This document shows positions 54,141-63,076 of a stretch of DNA of 64,000 nt, piece by piece. Made by a program: the position numbers and the translations under genes. The notes beneath the pieces were generated by a model. That model had not been told where the DNA came from. It was given only the letters and a program-made list of their open reading frames with translations, and ran no database searches. The stretch spans positions 80,096 to 144,095 of the forward strand of contig CAISZI010000047.1 in the NCBI GenBank assembly GCA_903889905.1, in the 5' to 3' direction. The DNA comes from Candidatus Wirthbacteria bacterium. GTDB taxonomy: Bacteria > Patescibacteriota > CG2-30-54-11. Position 1 is the first letter of the stretch. Each line of letters begins with the position of its first letter.

Positions 54141-54376
54141 TAGCACCTCCTAGTGCTAAGGGGTTTGAGGTCCCCCTGCCACCCGTGGAACGCCCGCTAA
54201 CCAGGCTCCTTTTGTATTGCAACCCGACGAATTAATCTCGTTGCAAAACAAACCAGAAAGCCAGGAGCTTTCTAGTCCCTACCGCGCACGGTAGGATTGC
54301 TCACCCAACGGCACGGGTCGGCAGAAAAGAGAGAAGAGCACCTCCCCAACCCCTCCTAATCTAGGTGGGGCAATGC

Positions 54377-54419
54377 ATTTCTTCCCCTCTCCTAAGTTAG
54401 GAGAGGGCAGGGTGAGGTA
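54377..54419 (+). repeat. 43-bp direct repeat copy 2
   Basis: atttcttcccctctcctaagttaggagagggcagggtgaggta; with copy 1 it brackets the secreted-protein gene (about 960-bp spacing). Confidence 0.7.
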
Positions 54420-54757
54420 TTTCCCCCCTTTCTGCCGCCCGCGACATTCGGCACCCGGCGCCGGACTATTCATGGCGGCATCTGATATTGTGTCTGTTTC
54501 CTCAGGCCATGAGCACCACCCATTCCACGTTAGCTGGCCGCCGCAATGGCGGCTGCTCACTGGAAGCGGTGACTCAAAGCCCAAGGGCTCTGAGATTTTT
54601 AAGGTACGCCGCTTCGATTGAAGCGGCAAAGGAAAGCCTTGGCATTGGACAAGACCTTCCGCTGCCACTTCGCAATTGGTTTTAGATTCTATTATAACAT
54701 TGTCCTGAGTTTTTTAGGCTCTCGACATGGTTATCTGGTCGAATTTCCCAACAATTC

Positions 54758-55165
54758 CTATTCTTGCTTATTCACCGCAACAAATTCCGCTGGACTCAAA
54801 ATGCGGGTCTGCTTCCATTTGTGGATTGGTAACAGATGCTTTTTATCTCCAGTAATCAACCATGAGGCTCCACATGTTTCGCACAATGCCAGCAAATAGG
54901 CATCCGCCGGATCAGGATCAAAAACTACGGTTCGCTTTACGTTGTAAACACTTTCCTGGCCAACCCACTGCTTAAAAAACAAAATCGTGTCATCGTCAGC
55001 GGCAAATTTGGTGCGCAATTTACGGATAACTTCAATGATCAACTCTTCCGAAAAGCACCACTCCAGTCCGGCGTCCAAAATTGAGTTAATGGCCTCAAGT
55101 GGCGTACCACCAAACAGCAATGCCGACAGGAGGACATTCGTGTCCACCACCACTTTGTCAGGCAT
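54758..55165 (-). CDS. PIN-domain protein (VapC-like toxin)
   Basis: N-terminal VVDTNVLLSAL (PIN D-box) and later acidic residues. Start could be 55165 (MPDK) or 55180 (MKWSKMPDK). Overlaps the upstream small gene. Confidence 0.7.
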   Translation of the reverse strand: MPDKVVVDTNVLLSALLFGGTPLEAINSILDAGLEWCFSEELIIEVIRKLRTKFAADDDTILFFKQWVGQESVYNVKRTVVFDPDPADAYLLALCETCGASWLITGDKKHLLPIHKWKQTRILSPAEFVAVNKQE

Positions 55166-55439
55166 TTTTGACCATTTCATATAATTCGTCTTCGCTCAAT
55201 TTCGACTTTAACTGCCCCTGCGCCTGGAGCCACTTTTGCCCCAAAGCTTTGCTGGCACGCCGCAGGTCTTTCAATCCCTGTTTGCGGGCCAAGGTGTCGG
55301 TTTTGTTGGTAATCAATAATTTTTCTGACAAAACAACCTTGACGATTTCGGCCTGACTTAAGAGCGGATAGCGCTGCGACTTCAGCGTGGCCAGTGCTTC
55401 CCTGACTTCGGCGGTTAAGGTGATACGCAACTGCTGCAT
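55158..55439 (-). CDS. putative antitoxin partner of the PIN protein
   Basis: 93-aa basic/helical protein immediately upstream, overlapping the PIN start by about 8 nt (classic TA arrangement). Confidence 0.5.
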   Translation of the reverse strand: MQQLRITLTAEVREALATLKSQRYPLLSQAEIVKVVLSEKLLITNKTDTLARKQGLKDLRRASKALGQKWLQAQGQLKSKLSEDELYEMVKNA

Positions 55440-55666
55440 GTTTACTCCTTTGACACTAAATACATCTAACTGTAATTATAAGACAATAAATATCATTGTC
55501 AATTGAAAACCACCTGCTGCAACCTTCCTTTTTCCCTCGCCAACGCCTATAATCAGCACGACTGCAAACCCGAACCAAGATAAAATCTGCCAAGTTAAAA
55601 AACTCGCGTCTCCGTTGGCTTCACGATCGTTTGGATATTCAGATTTAGTTATTAGAATTTAATCGT

Positions 55667-56362
55667 TTGATCTCCATCATCATCCCAACTTATAACGAAA
55701 ATGACCACCTGGCGGCCTTTGTGCAGCATCTGTTTGAGACTCTGGGCCGCTACCATATCCCGTCGGAAGTGATTATTGTGGACGATAACTCACCCGATGG
55801 CAGCGGCGAAACTGCCTACTATCTGCGCAAGCACTTTCCCAACCTGCGCACCCTGCACCGCGAACACCGCCATGGCTCCTCCACCGCGATTCTGGCCGGC
55901 ATCCGCGCCGCCAAAGGCACAGTCATCGGCATCATGTCCGCCAAAATGGGCTATCCCCCCGCTATGATCCCGCAACTTCTCAAACCCATCCAGGCTGGCA
56001 ATATGGATATTACGGTCGCGAGCCGGTTTGTGCCGGAATCCGCACTGCCGGGCTATCCTTTCTGGGACAAATGGCGGGCACGCTGTCAGGCCTGGCTGCT
56101 GCGCCCCGTCACGGCTGTGCGCGACCCCATGAGCAATGGTTTCTTTTTCCGCCGCACGGTGCTGGACAAAACTGTTTTGCGGGGCAATTTTCCCAGGATT
56201 CTTCCTGAACTTCTGGTCAAGGGCCATTTTCGGGCTGTCCAGGAGATTCCATTTCATTATCATTATTACCCCAAAACTCATCCCGATTCCGGATTCCTCT
56301 TGCCATCACCTGGCTTTGTGTGGCATCTTATTCAATTGTATAAGGCCCATTTTTGGTCATAA
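55667..56362 (+). CDS. family 2 glycosyltransferase (dolichyl/polyprenyl-phosphate mannose or glucose synthase-like); apparent TTG start
   Basis: ISIIIPTYNE...VIIVDDNSPDGS... motifs are typical of DPM1-like GT2 enzymes. Confidence 0.7.
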   Translation: MISIIIPTYNENDHLAAFVQHLFETLGRYHIPSEVIIVDDNSPDGSGETAYYLRKHFPNLRTLHREHRHGSSTAILAGIRAAKGTVIGIMSAKMGYPPAMIPQLLKPIQAGNMDITVASRFVPESALPGYPFWDKWRARCQAWLLRPVTAVRDPMSNGFFFRRTVLDKTVLRGNFPRILPELLVKGHFRAVQEIPFHYHYYPKTHPDSGFLLPSPGFVWHLIQLYKAHFWS

Positions 56363-56374
56363 AAAAGGAAAGTC

Positions 56375-57796
56375 ATGGAGATTACCCAAAAGAGCATTGG
56401 CCAGGGTAAAGTTGAACTTACTATTTCAATCCCTGTTGCCGATGTTGCCAAGGCCGAAGAAACCGCTTTCCGCAAGCTTCAACTCAACCTCAAAGTCAAA
56501 GGTTTTCGTAAAGGCAAAGTGCCTGACAGCATTGCACGCGAACAGGTCACGCTGGCCGACATCCGCTCCAAAGCCATCGAAGACAACCTTGGCAAATGGT
56601 ACATCGAAGCCATCGACAAACAGGGCCTCAAAGTCATTACCAACCCCGAACTGCAAATCACCGAAGCCGCCGAAGACAAGCCTTTGGTCTTCACCGCCAT
56701 CATCTCGGTTTATCCTGAAGTTACCATTGGCGACTACAAAGCGATCAAGGTCAAACACAGAGCAGTCAAAGTCGAAGCAGCTGACCTGACCACAGCACTC
56801 GACAATCTGCGCCAGGAACAGGTCCGTTATGAGGATAAAGACAAAGCCGTTGCCGATGGCGATGTGGCTGTCATGGACATTGGTGCCAAACTGGACGGCG
56901 AAGTGGTCAAAGCGTTTACCCGCTCTGGCTACGAACTCTATATTGGTGATGGCTATTTTGCACCCGGATTTGACGACCAGATCAAAGGGCTCAGCAAAGG
57001 TGACGACAAAACGTTCACCCTGCACATGCCAGCCGATTACCCCCTCGAACGCTTCCGCGACAAAGACCTCGTCTTTACCGTCAAAATGCTGGGCACCAAA
57101 GTACGTGTCATGCCTGAGCTGAATGATGAATTTGCCCAGAAACTCCAGGCCAAGGACGTCGCCGACCTGCAGGAAAAAGTCAAAGAATCCCTGGTCAAAA
57201 TGCGCACCGAACAAACCGAACGTGATTTCCAGACCGAAGTGTTGGAAGCAACCGCCAAGCTGGCCGGCGAATTTGAAGTGCCGCACGTGCTGATCGAAGA
57301 AGAAGTGCACAAAATGGAACATGAATTCGAATGGAGACTCAAACAGCAAGGTTTTTCGCTCTCTCAGTTCCTGGAAACCAAAAAGCAAAGCATGGAAGAT
57401 TTGCACAAAGAATGGCATCCCCACGCCGAAAAAGTCTCCCGCCAGGACATGATCATCGATCAAATCTCGGTGATTGAAAAAATTCAGGCAAGCGAAGCAG
57501 AAGTCCAGAACGAAATCGTCGCCTGGCTCCAACCCTATCGCGACAACCAGGGCAAGTTGACCCAAAAAGGCAAAGACAGCCTGCGCAGCCTGATGAGTGA
57601 AAATGGCCAGCTTTACATGCGCCAGCTCATCCGCCGCGAAAAAACGCGTCGCCTGCTGTATGAAATCGCCACCCAAAACGCCGCCCCCAAAACAACGGAC
57701 AAAAAAGCAGAACCGGTATCCGAGACGACTGCCGAAATTGCCAAACCCAAAGCACCCCACAAGTCGACCAAAGCCGACAAAAAAGATAATTCTTAA
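56375..57796 (+). CDS. tig: trigger factor
   Basis: N-terminal ribosome-binding signature (GFRKGKVP), central PPIase-like region and C-terminal arm; 473 aa. Confidence 0.9.
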   Translation: MEITQKSIGQGKVELTISIPVADVAKAEETAFRKLQLNLKVKGFRKGKVPDSIAREQVTLADIRSKAIEDNLGKWYIEAIDKQGLKVITNPELQITEAAEDKPLVFTAIISVYPEVTIGDYKAIKVKHRAVKVEAADLTTALDNLRQEQVRYEDKDKAVADGDVAVMDIGAKLDGEVVKAFTRSGYELYIGDGYFAPGFDDQIKGLSKGDDKTFTLHMPADYPLERFRDKDLVFTVKMLGTKVRVMPELNDEFAQKLQAKDVADLQEKVKESLVKMRTEQTERDFQTEVLEATAKLAGEFEVPHVLIEEEVHKMEHEFEWRLKQQGFSLSQFLETKKQSMEDLHKEWHPHAEKVSRQDMIIDQISVIEKIQASEAEVQNEIVAWLQPYRDNQGKLTQKGKDSLRSLMSENGQLYMRQLIRREKTRRLLYEIATQNAAPKTTDKKAEPVSETTAEIAKPKAPHKSTKADKKDNS

Positions 57797-57828
57797 CGCC
57801 TTCCAAACCATAAACAAAGATTCACGCT

Positions 57829-58503
57829 ATGTATTCATGGCGCGAAGAACAGCTCCGCAAACAACGCCGCCTGCGCATTCTCCTCATCATAGGACTCTGC
57901 CTGCTTGTGCTCGGGAGCGGAGCAACTTTCCTGATGCTACGACGCGGCTTGCCCCAGCAAAAAACTAGCGCCGCCAGCAAAAACACCCCTTTGCAAAACA
58001 CACCGACCGCGGCGTTGGTGAACAAACTTTCCTTTGAAGCGGATCTCGACATCCCTGTGTTGGACGAACTGCTGCACCGCCCCGACGTGCTCAACGTGGC
58101 TGACCAGTTGATTTTATCAACCAGGGAATCTGACCGTTACCTTGGGCTGCTGATTTACAGCCAGGTGCCGGAACTCTCCAAAACGACACTTTCCAGCAAC
58201 CGGCTGGAAAAAATCGCCAGTAAACTCCAGGACGCTTCCCCCAGCATCCGTATGTATGCCGCGGGCAGCCTGGTCCAGAACCACAACATGACCGGCGTCC
58301 CGATCCTGATCGACAATCTCACCAGCGAACTGGCACTTACCTACATGGAACCACCGGTCAGCCAGGGAGAATATGCGCAACAAATTCTGTCTAATTATCT
58401 GACCGCAAGCATCAATTTCGATCCTGTCCACCGTATTGACACCCAAAACGCCTGGCTCAAATGGTGGCAAGAAAATCGCGTCCATTATATGCCAACGCTA
58501 TGA
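57829..58503 (+). CDS. membrane-anchored protein with HEAT/PBS-lyase-like repeats
   Basis: N-terminal TM (LRILLIIGLCLLVLGSGATFLML). Repeated ...A..L....D..VR..A..SL... helical repeats. Confidence 0.5.
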   Translation: MYSWREEQLRKQRRLRILLIIGLCLLVLGSGATFLMLRRGLPQQKTSAASKNTPLQNTPTAALVNKLSFEADLDIPVLDELLHRPDVLNVADQLILSTRESDRYLGLLIYSQVPELSKTTLSSNRLEKIASKLQDASPSIRMYAAGSLVQNHNMTGVPILIDNLTSELALTYMEPPVSQGEYAQQILSNYLTASINFDPVHRIDTQNAWLKWWQENRVHYMPTL

Positions 58504-59588
58504 AACCAGCCCCTAAAATTTTAATCAGCCTGGGCCTGACGCTGCTGCTAGTGGCGTCGGCGGGAACGTCTTCCAAAGCCAATACCACGCTTTCCTTTGC
58601 GGATGCCAAAAACTGTGAGCAGCAGTTCACGATTGGCGTGGTACTGGCGTTTAGCGATGACGGCAGTGCCGCCAAAGCCACGGAGCTCACCACCAACTGG
58701 CAAAAAGAAATCAATAGCTACTGGAACTCCAGCCCCCACATCATTTTGGGTGGACCATGCGCCGTGTATTATCATTTTCAACTCACCACCCTGCCCCAAG
58801 CTGAGGACTGCACCAAATCGCTCAAAACCGGCCACTGTATCACGGTCGTGAGTTCTGCCCTCAACCGCCGCGGCAAAATCGGCGATGTGCTCAAAGCCAA
58901 TCCGCAGGGCAAATCCTGGAGCTATGGCGAATGGACAACCTCCTTAAGTGGCGTGCAGGTCGCCTACCTCGCCGGTCATTTGCTTGGACTCGGCAATGAT
59001 TTCAGTTTCGCGGATGTCAACAAAGACAACATCCTCGAATTTGAGCTCAAAAATCCCGCTCAAACCAATCCCTTCAGCCTCATGGGCAAACCTTTTCCCG
59101 CCAATGTCAACGCCGCAGCCTTACCCGAACATGACGCCCAGATCGCCGCGCTTTACAATTTAACCTGCCCCGCGGCCTGTTTTTGTGGCAACAGCAAAGT
59201 GGACGTCGGTCAAGGTGAAATGTGCGACTCCAAAGCCACCCCCACCGGTTGCAAAGCCGAAGAAACCTGTGACCAGAGTTGCCAGTGCCAGTCCACGCCG
59301 GCACGCTGCGGAGACGGCAAGATCAACCCCGGCGAACAATGTGACCCGCAAGCCTCACCCAAGGGATGCACCCAAAATCAGGTCTGTTCGCCCGCCTGCC
59401 TTTGTATCGACTTGCCTGCCAATCTTCAAACGCAGACGACAACACCGGTATCCTCCCCCACGACACAAGTCGATCTAACGCTGGGCAAACCACACAGTGG
59501 CGATGGTATTTGCGAAGTCGGCGAGACCTGCACCAGTGCTTACGATGATTGCAAAGCAGTTCTAAACTGCCCGCCACGAATTCAATAA
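58500..59588 (+). CDS. secreted protein with C-terminal Cys-rich CxxxGE-CD repeats (Myxococcus-type cysteine-rich repeat-like)
   Basis: Signal peptide. Repeats CGNSKVDVGQGEMCD, CGDGKINPGEQCD and GDGICEVGETC resemble the TIGR02232-type Cys-rich repeat. ATG at 58500 overlaps the previous stop (ATGA). Confidence 0.6.
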   Translation: MKPAPKILISLGLTLLLVASAGTSSKANTTLSFADAKNCEQQFTIGVVLAFSDDGSAAKATELTTNWQKEINSYWNSSPHIILGGPCAVYYHFQLTTLPQAEDCTKSLKTGHCITVVSSALNRRGKIGDVLKANPQGKSWSYGEWTTSLSGVQVAYLAGHLLGLGNDFSFADVNKDNILEFELKNPAQTNPFSLMGKPFPANVNAAALPEHDAQIAALYNLTCPAACFCGNSKVDVGQGEMCDSKATPTGCKAEETCDQSCQCQSTPARCGDGKINPGEQCDPQASPKGCTQNQVCSPACLCIDLPANLQTQTTTPVSSPTTQVDLTLGKPHSGDGICEVGETCTSAYDDCKAVLNCPPRIQ

Positions 59589-59657
59589 AGAGCACCCACC
59601 AAACCCGCGTTTTAGTGGTATATTTTAAGTGTTATTTCTAACCCCCAAGTCAACCCT

Positions 59658-62600
59658 TTGCGCAAGCTATTTGTTTTGCTTTTTTGCCTGGTGGTATCGG
59701 TGACGACGGCGGTGGTCGTTGTGCCTGTGCTTGTGTCCGAAACGGCTAATCCCAAGACCAAAACCAAAGCCACCAGTAATACCAACACCCCGGCCGGCAT
59801 TACCTCGATCACGGTCCCGACGCGCAATGCCAACGAAATCAACCTGCCGATTCCGATCAACTACCGCTATGATGCGCAGGCCAGTCAAAAATACGCCCTC
59901 GGCGGCGCCAGCAGCCCGCACAACATGAATAACGGCACTTTTGTACTGCCGCCACCTGACAGCCAGATGGTGGGTGGCCCGCCCGTAGGTGGCACCACCT
60001 GGGGCTGGACCATTCCCGACAATTATGCCGACTATGGCACGCGCACCGTCATGTTGGATTACAACAATCACCAGTGCTCCAAATCAGGCACGCCCTATGC
60101 TGTTGACCTCTCGGTTTTTAACTCGCCCAATGACTTTATCCCGGTCTATTCGACCCTGAACGGCACCGTCATCGAAGCCCTGGGCTCAGATCCAGCCACA
60201 CAGATCAAGGCCCCCGACTGCACTGCCGGCAGCAGTAAAAACTGCGACGGCTACGGCAACTTTGTCCGCATCCGTAACACGCGCTGGGCCTCGGTCAATG
60301 CGGTGAAATTATTTACCGATACCAATGTTTGTCCGGTCGGCAAAAGACTTCCAACCTATGATTCAGTCAAAGATCAACGCTGCATGACTGGTTTGTATAC
60401 TGACGATAACTGCCCGATTAAATGCATTGAGAACCCTGCACCTCTGACAAAAACTTGCCCAGGTGTTGCTACAAACGACGTCAGCGGATGTCTACCAAAA
60501 GGTTGTCCTGCCAACTCCGAGCCTTATCTTGATGAAGACTCTCTGAATCATTTTTGCACGACCACATGGACAACACCACTACCTCCAATCCCAGCTGTGC
60601 CAACCACCACCTGCACTTTAATGTATTGTTACGAAACCAAGTACAACCCCACCTATTCCAACCAATACACCTCCTGCATGACAGGCATGCAACCGGGAGA
60701 ATTCCGCAACCAGGTAATCAGTGACAAATGCGGTTATGACAGCCAGGGTGCCGCCATCCCGGCCAAGTCCGGCAAGCCAGACCCCACCTGCAATGGTATC
60801 AAAGGTGACAAACAGTACGTCGACATGGCCAACGTCCACATTGCCAACTACGATGTGGTAATCGCGCACCTCACGTCCGGTTCCATGACTGGTTTAACCG
60901 CGGATGCTAAAACTTTCGTCCCTGGCGTTTTTACGCCTGGTTACGGTGATCAGCTCAAGGTCAAAGACATCACCAACTGGAGCCAAATTGGGACAATGGG
61001 CGCAAGCGGTTATTACTGGGACGGTGGCAAAAATCAATATGTCAGCAACACCCAAACCCCCATGGTGCATTACGAAGTCTGGCGCAACAACGCCTGCGAC
61101 GCCAAACTCAGTTCCCCAACCACCAACATGGTGGTGGTTAATCCGGCCACTTTCATTGGCCAAAAAACCTCCTCCTTGGTGCACCAGAATTCCCCACCCG
61201 ACCTGACCCTTGGCTATGACAACAAAGACGCGGCCAAATATCCTACCTGTTCTGACTGGATGACCGCGATCAAGACAAAAGTGCAACAACAAACACCGCA
61301 AATCATTCAATGCCGACATGCCGCGCTGCTATTTCGAGCCATCATCCTGACCCGCGATCTGGCTGCCTACCCGTCCAGCATCAACAAGCAATATGATCCG
61401 CAACTGTACTTTGAACTGGAAACCAAAACAGATGCCAATACCCTTGGAACCGGCACTTTCATCCTTGGTAATCCAGACTTCGGCAAATCGATGCCTGCTT
61501 CGCACAACATGTGGATCACAGTCGAAGGCGACAACAAATTTGGTCCATTTGATGGTGGAGCAGGCCCGGTCGACCTTGTCGGTGGCAAAAAGAACCTACT
61601 CATGAGCTTCGGCATTGATGGCGCCCAAACCCTTCCCGACGGCAAAATAGATTTTATTGACTGCCCTTCTGAAATGCAAACCGTAACCTTTGGCAATATT
61701 CCCACTTACAAAATGGAAGACATTTCAACGCTCAAAACCAACTTTGCCTTCATGCCTGACCTCTGCCTGGGCAAAGACAATGTCGATGCTAATCCCTATG
61801 GCCGCCAGGTGATCCCCAGTGAACAGGAAACCGGCAAAACCGGTGCCGATGCCATCTGCACCCAACCGTCCACTGCCAGTACCTGCCCAGCCGGCCCCAC
61901 CGTGAGCGCCTTTGTCTCGGACAACAACGCCTGCGGACAAACACTCGACCTGCTTCCCTATATGCAGGGAACCTCTGGATTACAAATAACCATGGCGGAC
62001 AAAGAAGTCTTGAGCTACACCCAAGCCACGCCACTGAATGCCAAAAATCGGTTCTTTATGGTCAAAAATACGATTGGTGATAACTTTGAAGAATTCACCT
62101 ACGACAACGACTGGATTTATCACGTACGGGACACCACAGCGACCGAAGGTTTCAATGGTCCTCCGATAAAATGTATCGATGTTGCACATGCCGGTCAGGA
62201 TGCCATTTTTGACAGCATCACGGGTCAATTTGGCAATGGGTGCAGTGCCTTCAACAGTAACTCTGCACTTGAGGGATCGCCATTTCGCCCCCGCAACATG
62301 CAGGTTTGTTCCACCAGCGCAGAAATGGCCAACACCATCATTGGCTTTGGCAAAGACAGTTGCACCTGTTGTGAAACCAAATACAGTGGCGCCAACACCA
62401 ATCAAATCAAGCTGGTGGACAAGGGCACACTCAAGCTCTCTGCTGGCAGCTCATACAGTGATGTCATTGAAGTCGCCAACATCAAAGGCGCCGGTTCCGG
62501 CGAAACCTTCTTTTACCAAAAAAATGTCGGTTTGATTGGTTATGGTACCGGCAATACGGTTGACCCGACCCAAATCGTCCCCCCAACGCAACTGACTTGC

Positions 62601-62690
62601 GTCAACTTCGTCACCAGTACCACCAAGGGCAGTGTTCCTAACGTAGTCGACAAATGCATTGGCAAGCCAGCTGGCAATCCGTTACGCTAA
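59658..62690 (+). CDS. large (1010 aa) secreted Cys-rich hypothetical protein
   Basis: Signal/TM N-terminus, Lys/Thr-rich linker, many paired Cys; no confident catalytic motif. Confidence 0.65.
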   Translation: MRKLFVLLFCLVVSVTTAVVVVPVLVSETANPKTKTKATSNTNTPAGITSITVPTRNANEINLPIPINYRYDAQASQKYALGGASSPHNMNNGTFVLPPPDSQMVGGPPVGGTTWGWTIPDNYADYGTRTVMLDYNNHQCSKSGTPYAVDLSVFNSPNDFIPVYSTLNGTVIEALGSDPATQIKAPDCTAGSSKNCDGYGNFVRIRNTRWASVNAVKLFTDTNVCPVGKRLPTYDSVKDQRCMTGLYTDDNCPIKCIENPAPLTKTCPGVATNDVSGCLPKGCPANSEPYLDEDSLNHFCTTTWTTPLPPIPAVPTTTCTLMYCYETKYNPTYSNQYTSCMTGMQPGEFRNQVISDKCGYDSQGAAIPAKSGKPDPTCNGIKGDKQYVDMANVHIANYDVVIAHLTSGSMTGLTADAKTFVPGVFTPGYGDQLKVKDITNWSQIGTMGASGYYWDGGKNQYVSNTQTPMVHYEVWRNNACDAKLSSPTTNMVVVNPATFIGQKTSSLVHQNSPPDLTLGYDNKDAAKYPTCSDWMTAIKTKVQQQTPQIIQCRHAALLFRAIILTRDLAAYPSSINKQYDPQLYFELETKTDANTLGTGTFILGNPDFGKSMPASHNMWITVEGDNKFGPFDGGAGPVDLVGGKKNLLMSFGIDGAQTLPDGKIDFIDCPSEMQTVTFGNIPTYKMEDISTLKTNFAFMPDLCLGKDNVDANPYGRQVIPSEQETGKTGADAICTQPSTASTCPAGPTVSAFVSDNNACGQTLDLLPYMQGTSGLQITMADKEVLSYTQATPLNAKNRFFMVKNTIGDNFEEFTYDNDWIYHVRDTTATEGFNGPPIKCIDVAHAGQDAIFDSITGQFGNGCSAFNSNSALEGSPFRPRNMQVCSTSAEMANTIIGFGKDSCTCCETKYSGANTNQIKLVDKGTLKLSAGSSYSDVIEVANIKGAGSGETFFYQKNVGLIGYGTGNTVDPTQIVPPTQLTCVNFVTSTTKGSVPNVVDKCIGKPAGNPLR

Positions 62691-63076
62691 AAAACACCAA
62701 CTCCCGCCCAGCACTTCTCCTCTGGAACTGGGCCCGCAGGAAGCGGGTTTTTGGCAAAACTGACACTGATTGATGCAACAACGATAAGTCCTCCTGGGCG
62801 CGATTCGGGCATAGCCCAAGCGAGCCGCGCCGGGCAGTTGAAAATAAAACAACTAGATTGCCCCACTGTGTAGGACGAAGGCTACGTCGAAGATTCCTCG
62901 CAATGACGGGATTACCAACTTGCTTAATTCACCTTTATTCAGTATTATTAACGCCGTTCATCTATTTATCTTGCACCCTCGCGGATTGCGGACGGAGTGG
63001 TCTCGGTCATTAGATCGAGGATACGTCGGCAAGTTGAACCGAGGGGAAGCATTAACTCAATTGGAGGTTTTGTTAT

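Noticed and set aside
53417-54419. AGGGCAGGGTG...AGGTA inside the 43-bp repeat resembles part of bacterial RNase P RNA (AGGGCAGGGUGCCAGGUAACGCC)
   Set aside because: The universally conserved GGAAAGUCCGGGCUCC and other RNase P core elements are absent on either strand. The motif occurs twice as part of a repeat, so the similarity is judged coincidental.
56426-57817. 463-aa minus-strand ORF antisense to tig
   Set aside because: Shadow ORF of trigger factor; low-complexity Phe/Gly-rich translation; no start context.
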